In this document: positions 61,036 through 64,000 of the stretch, piece by piece | Layout: every line of letters starts with the position of its first letter | How positions within the stretch are numbered: the stretch's first letter is position 1 | Source of the DNA: Hyphomicrobium sp. | GTDB taxonomy: Bacteria; Pseudomonadota; Alphaproteobacteria; Rhizobiales; Hyphomicrobiaceae | DNA length: 64,000 bases | Direction of reading: 5' to 3' | NCBI GenBank assembly: GCA_036559705.1 | Contig: DATBSP010000113.1 | Span: forward strand, 655 to 64,654 | Position numbers and translations under genes: made by a program | The notes under the pieces: generated by a model | The model's database searches: none | What the model was told of the DNA's origin: nothing | Seen by the model: only the letters and a program-made list of their open reading frames with translations

Positions 61036-62483
61036 ATGCACGCCAAGCTACAGCCGCGCGCCTCTTTGCGCAGCGCGTTGATGTTCGGCGTGGTGATGCT
61101 CGCCGCGATTGGTGCGCTACGGTCGGCCGCGAAGGCGGACCAGGACGACGACGCCGAGCGCGTCCCGTCGAGTGCCGCCGACATCTACAGCCCCATCCAG
61201 AGCACCTTCACGCCGCAGGCGCCGCTGCCAGGCGGCCCGCAGCGCCTCGTCCCTGGCACCTCGTTTCCCGCCGATGACGGCCCCGTGCTGTTCCAGGATC
61301 TAAAGGAGAGATTGCGTTTCGCCGATCCGTTCTTCCGCGACATGAAGCTCGCCGTATACCTGCGTACGCACGATTTGGACCGCGACAACGCGACAGGACC
61401 GCGCTCGCGCGCCTGGGCCGGCGGCTCGGCACTGGCGTCCAAGACCGGCTACCTCGACGACTGGCTGCAGCTTGAGGCGGCGGGGGCCACGTCGCAGCCG
61501 CTGTTTGCGCCCGAGGGCGAAGGCGGCACGCTGCTGCTCACGCAGAATCAGGCGGAGGTGAGCTCGTTCGCCATCGCCAATGCGCGCATGCGTTTCACGG
61601 GCCTCGAGGCTGTGCTCGGTCGGCAGCTCTTCAAGACGCCTTACATAAATCCGCAGGACAACCGCATGCTGCCCAACGCTGTTGAGGGCGCGGTGATTAC
61701 GCGCCGCCGCGACGAGGCGCAGACGCTGAACTACGGCGTCGGCTATCTGTGGGGCTTCAAGACGCGCGACAGCTCGCACTTCCTGCCGTTCTCGGACGAG
61801 CTTGGCGTAACGGAGGATCGCGGCGTGTTGGCAGCCGGCGCCAAGGTGGTGCCAATCGAGGGACTAACATTGGGCGCCATCGACTACTGGATCGCCGACG
61901 TCCTCAACACGACGTTCGCGGAAGCCGATTGGATCATTCGCGCCACGTCCATGCAGTTCCGCGTCAGCGTCAACTACACCAACCAGCGCACCGTTGGCGC
62001 TGACCTCATCGCCGGGCGCGCCGTACGAGACGAACCAAATCTCCGCGCGCTTTGCCGCAAGCTATGCCGATGCGACGCTGCTTGTCGCCGGCTCGCGCAC
62101 CGGCGACGGTGCCGAGTTACAAGGTCCGGTTCGGCAGCTTCCCTGCCTATACCGTGCTCGACCAGCTCGACTTCAACCAGGCGGGCGAAAAGAGCGTCGT
62201 GGTCGGCGCCGCCTACGATTTGTCGAAGTTGATCATCGACGGACTCAAGGTGCAGACCCGCTACAGCTGGGCCTGGGACGCCGTCGATGCGCCGAGCGGC
62301 AGGCCGCTGACGCGGCAGAACGAGTTCGACGTCGAGCTCGAATACCTGCCCGCGTCCGGGCCTTTCGAGAACATTCACGTGCAGGTGTTCTATTCGATGG
62401 TTGAGCTCCCGGGCAACCCGCCAGGCGAAACACAGCAGCCGGAGGCGCGCGGCATCGTCACCTACCTCGTTCCCCTGCTATAG
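61036..62483 (+). pseudogene. OprD-like outer-membrane porin with two +1 frameshifts (real or sequencing error)
   Basis: KTGYLDDWL, GRQLFKTPYINPQDNRMLPN.VEG; continues across three frames (ADLIA/GAPYETNQ...AELQGP/FGSFPAY...DFNQAGEKS...RGIVTYLVPLL). Extra G near 62015 and 62128. Confidence 0.8.
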
Positions 62484-62507
62484 CGATGGCTCAAGCTCGA
62501 GGATTGC

Positions 62508-63467
62508 ATGTCGACGCCGACCGCCACTGCCGACCCGTTGCGCCCATTCGATGCGCGCATGCTTACCGTCGGTGACGGCCATTGGCTGTACGTCGAGGAA
62601 GTCGGTCGCGCCGGCGGCATCCCGGCGTTGTTCCTGCACGGCGGGCCTGGTAGCGGCTCCCAGCACCTTCACCGGCGGCTGTTTGATGCCTCGCGCTTCC
62701 ACGCTTTCCTATTCGATCAGCGCGGTGCCGGCCGCAGCCATCCCTACTTGTCGCTCGCCGCCAACACAACGCAGCATCTCGTCGCCGACATCGAGGCGAT
62801 CCGCGCGCACTTTCGCATCGAGCGCTGGCTGGTGGTTGGCGGCTCGTGGGGCGCGACGCTGGCTCTCGCCTATGCCGAAGCCTTCCCCGAGCGCGTCGCC
62901 GGACTGGTGATGCGGGCGATCTTCCTCGGCACCCGCAATGAGGTGGAATGGGCCTTCGTCGATGGGCCGAAGCTGTTCCGGCCGGATCTGTTTGCAGACT
63001 TCATCGGCTTCCTGCCCGAGACCGAGCGAGCCGACCCGCTAGCGGCTTATCTTCGCCGCCTCGCGGATCCCGACCCCGCCGCGCAGGTGCCCGCCGCGCA
63101 GGCCTGGGCCGCGTACGAGCGCGCGCTATCGGAGTTGGCGCCCGCGCAGACGCGGCTATCGGCGTCCCTGGGGCGCAGCGACCGCCCGCCGCCGACGCCG
63201 ATCATCGAGGGGCACTACATCCGTAACGATTTCTTTCTTGCTCCCGGGCAGCTACTGCGCGACGCGCACAAGCTGCAGGACATTCCCGGCGCCATCGTGC
63301 AGGGCCGCTACGATCTCTTGTGCCCACCGAAAGCCGCCTATGCCCTTTCGGAAGCCTGGAGCAACTGCCGGCTCGAGATCATCGACAAGGCCGGCCACGC
63401 GATAACAGAGCCTGGTGTCATGGAGGCGCTTGCTGCGGCCGTGAGCGAGCTCGGGTCCAAGTCGTAA
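62508..63467 (+). CDS. pip: Prolyl aminopeptidase (copy 2)
   Basis: HGGPG, DQRGAGRS, GGSWG, GRYDLL, AGH. Confidence 0.9.
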   Translation: MSTPTATADPLRPFDARMLTVGDGHWLYVEEVGRAGGIPALFLHGGPGSGSQHLHRRLFDASRFHAFLFDQRGAGRSHPYLSLAANTTQHLVADIEAIRAHFRIERWLVVGGSWGATLALAYAEAFPERVAGLVMRAIFLGTRNEVEWAFVDGPKLFRPDLFADFIGFLPETERADPLAAYLRRLADPDPAAQVPAAQAWAAYERALSELAPAQTRLSASLGRSDRPPPTPIIEGHYIRNDFFLAPGQLLRDAHKLQDIPGAIVQGRYDLLCPPKAAYALSEAWSNCRLEIIDKAGHAITEPGVMEALAAAVSELGSKS

Positions 63468-63469
63468 TT

Positions 63470-63688
63470 TCAGCTGCCCGCCAGCTTCTTCTCGGCGGCG
63501 TCGCGCCGTCGCTGGTATTCCTCTTCCATCGCCACGACGTGGCGGAACACGTTCTCCAGCTCTTCCTTGCGATCCTCGCTTTGCGCCTCTTGCAACCAGG
63601 TGGCGAACTCCTCGCGCAGCGTGAACAGCACGTCGAGCGCGCCGGTGATCTCGCTCAGCTCGCGTTGCGCATCGTTGTCGCCCGCCAT
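63470..63688 (-). CDS. Hypothetical acidic helical protein
   Basis: AAGGAG RBS before ATG 63688 (MAGDNDAQRELSEITGALDVLF...). Confidence 0.7.
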   Translation of the reverse strand: MAGDNDAQRELSEITGALDVLFTLREEFATWLQEAQSEDRKEELENVFRHVVAMEEEYQRRRDAAEKKLAGS

Positions 63689-63763
63689 GTGGACGTGCTC
63701 CTTTGCCCGTGCCGATCCGGGCACGCTACAGTGATGGTTGTGGCCGCGCAAATCTTGGAGCCC

Positions 63764-64000
63764 ATGATGCGCATAGCATTGTCGATCGTCATGGCATTGT
63801 TGTCGTTCTGCCCGGCATGCGCCGAGACCGACGCGTTGACGCTCTCGTTCGGCGCCGGCGAGAAGCGCTTCACTGGCACGGAGCTGCTAGCGCGCGCCGA
63901 CGCCGCGACGATCGAGATCCCCGCCGACGTCTCCTACATGCGATCTATGAAGTACCGCGCCGTGCCGCTGCTCGCATTGATTGGAGAGATGTCGGATCCC
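63764..64000 (+). CDS. Exported protein, partial; possibly the N-terminus of a cytochrome c-containing protein
   Basis: Not in the ORF track. GGAG RBS; MMRIALSIVMALLSFCPACAE...IEIPADVSYMRSMKYRAVPLLAL, open to the window end. The family guess is from memory and no CxxCH lies within the window. Confidence 0.65.
   Translation, partial: MMRIALSIVMALLSFCPACAETDALTLSFGAGEKRFTGTELLARADAATIEIPADVSYMRSMKYRAVPLLALIGEMSDP

Overview
A high-GC alphaproteobacterial chromosome segment. Gene content and order (podJ-TauE-TIGR02186, pyrD-DUF952, lysS-terB, hemF-petABC-mtnP, an MxaD-like protein, a methylmalonyl-CoA mutase small subunit) suggest Hyphomicrobiales, possibly Hyphomicrobiaceae; this is inference. 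Most of 10.7-57.5 kb is housekeeping. There are two accessory-looking zones. (1) 1-10.6 kb lies 3' of a tRNA-Gly(CCC) whose 3' end is duplicated as an 18-bp direct repeat. It carries a second CIRCE-controlled groESL, rsgA, ligD, a receiver-only regulator with an EcfG-type promoter, small ORFs and a decayed MBL-hydrolase gene. (2) 57.5-64 kb holds an ECF sigma factor with no adjacent anti-sigma gene and a C-terminal RCE motif. Two matching promoters (GGGAACCT-N13-GCATCYAATC) precede the sigma gene and a DUF4142-cupredoxin-folE-panE run; this is the best candidate for an uncharacterised system. Also noted: a solo GmrSD-like DUF262/DUF1524 gene, a candidate structured RNA upstream of sodB, a split GGDEF-EAL remnant, and G-run frameshifts in msrA and an OprD-like porin that may be sequencing errors. 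No CRISPR array, rRNA, integrase or transposase was recognised. All calls come from reading the sequence by eye; no searches were run.
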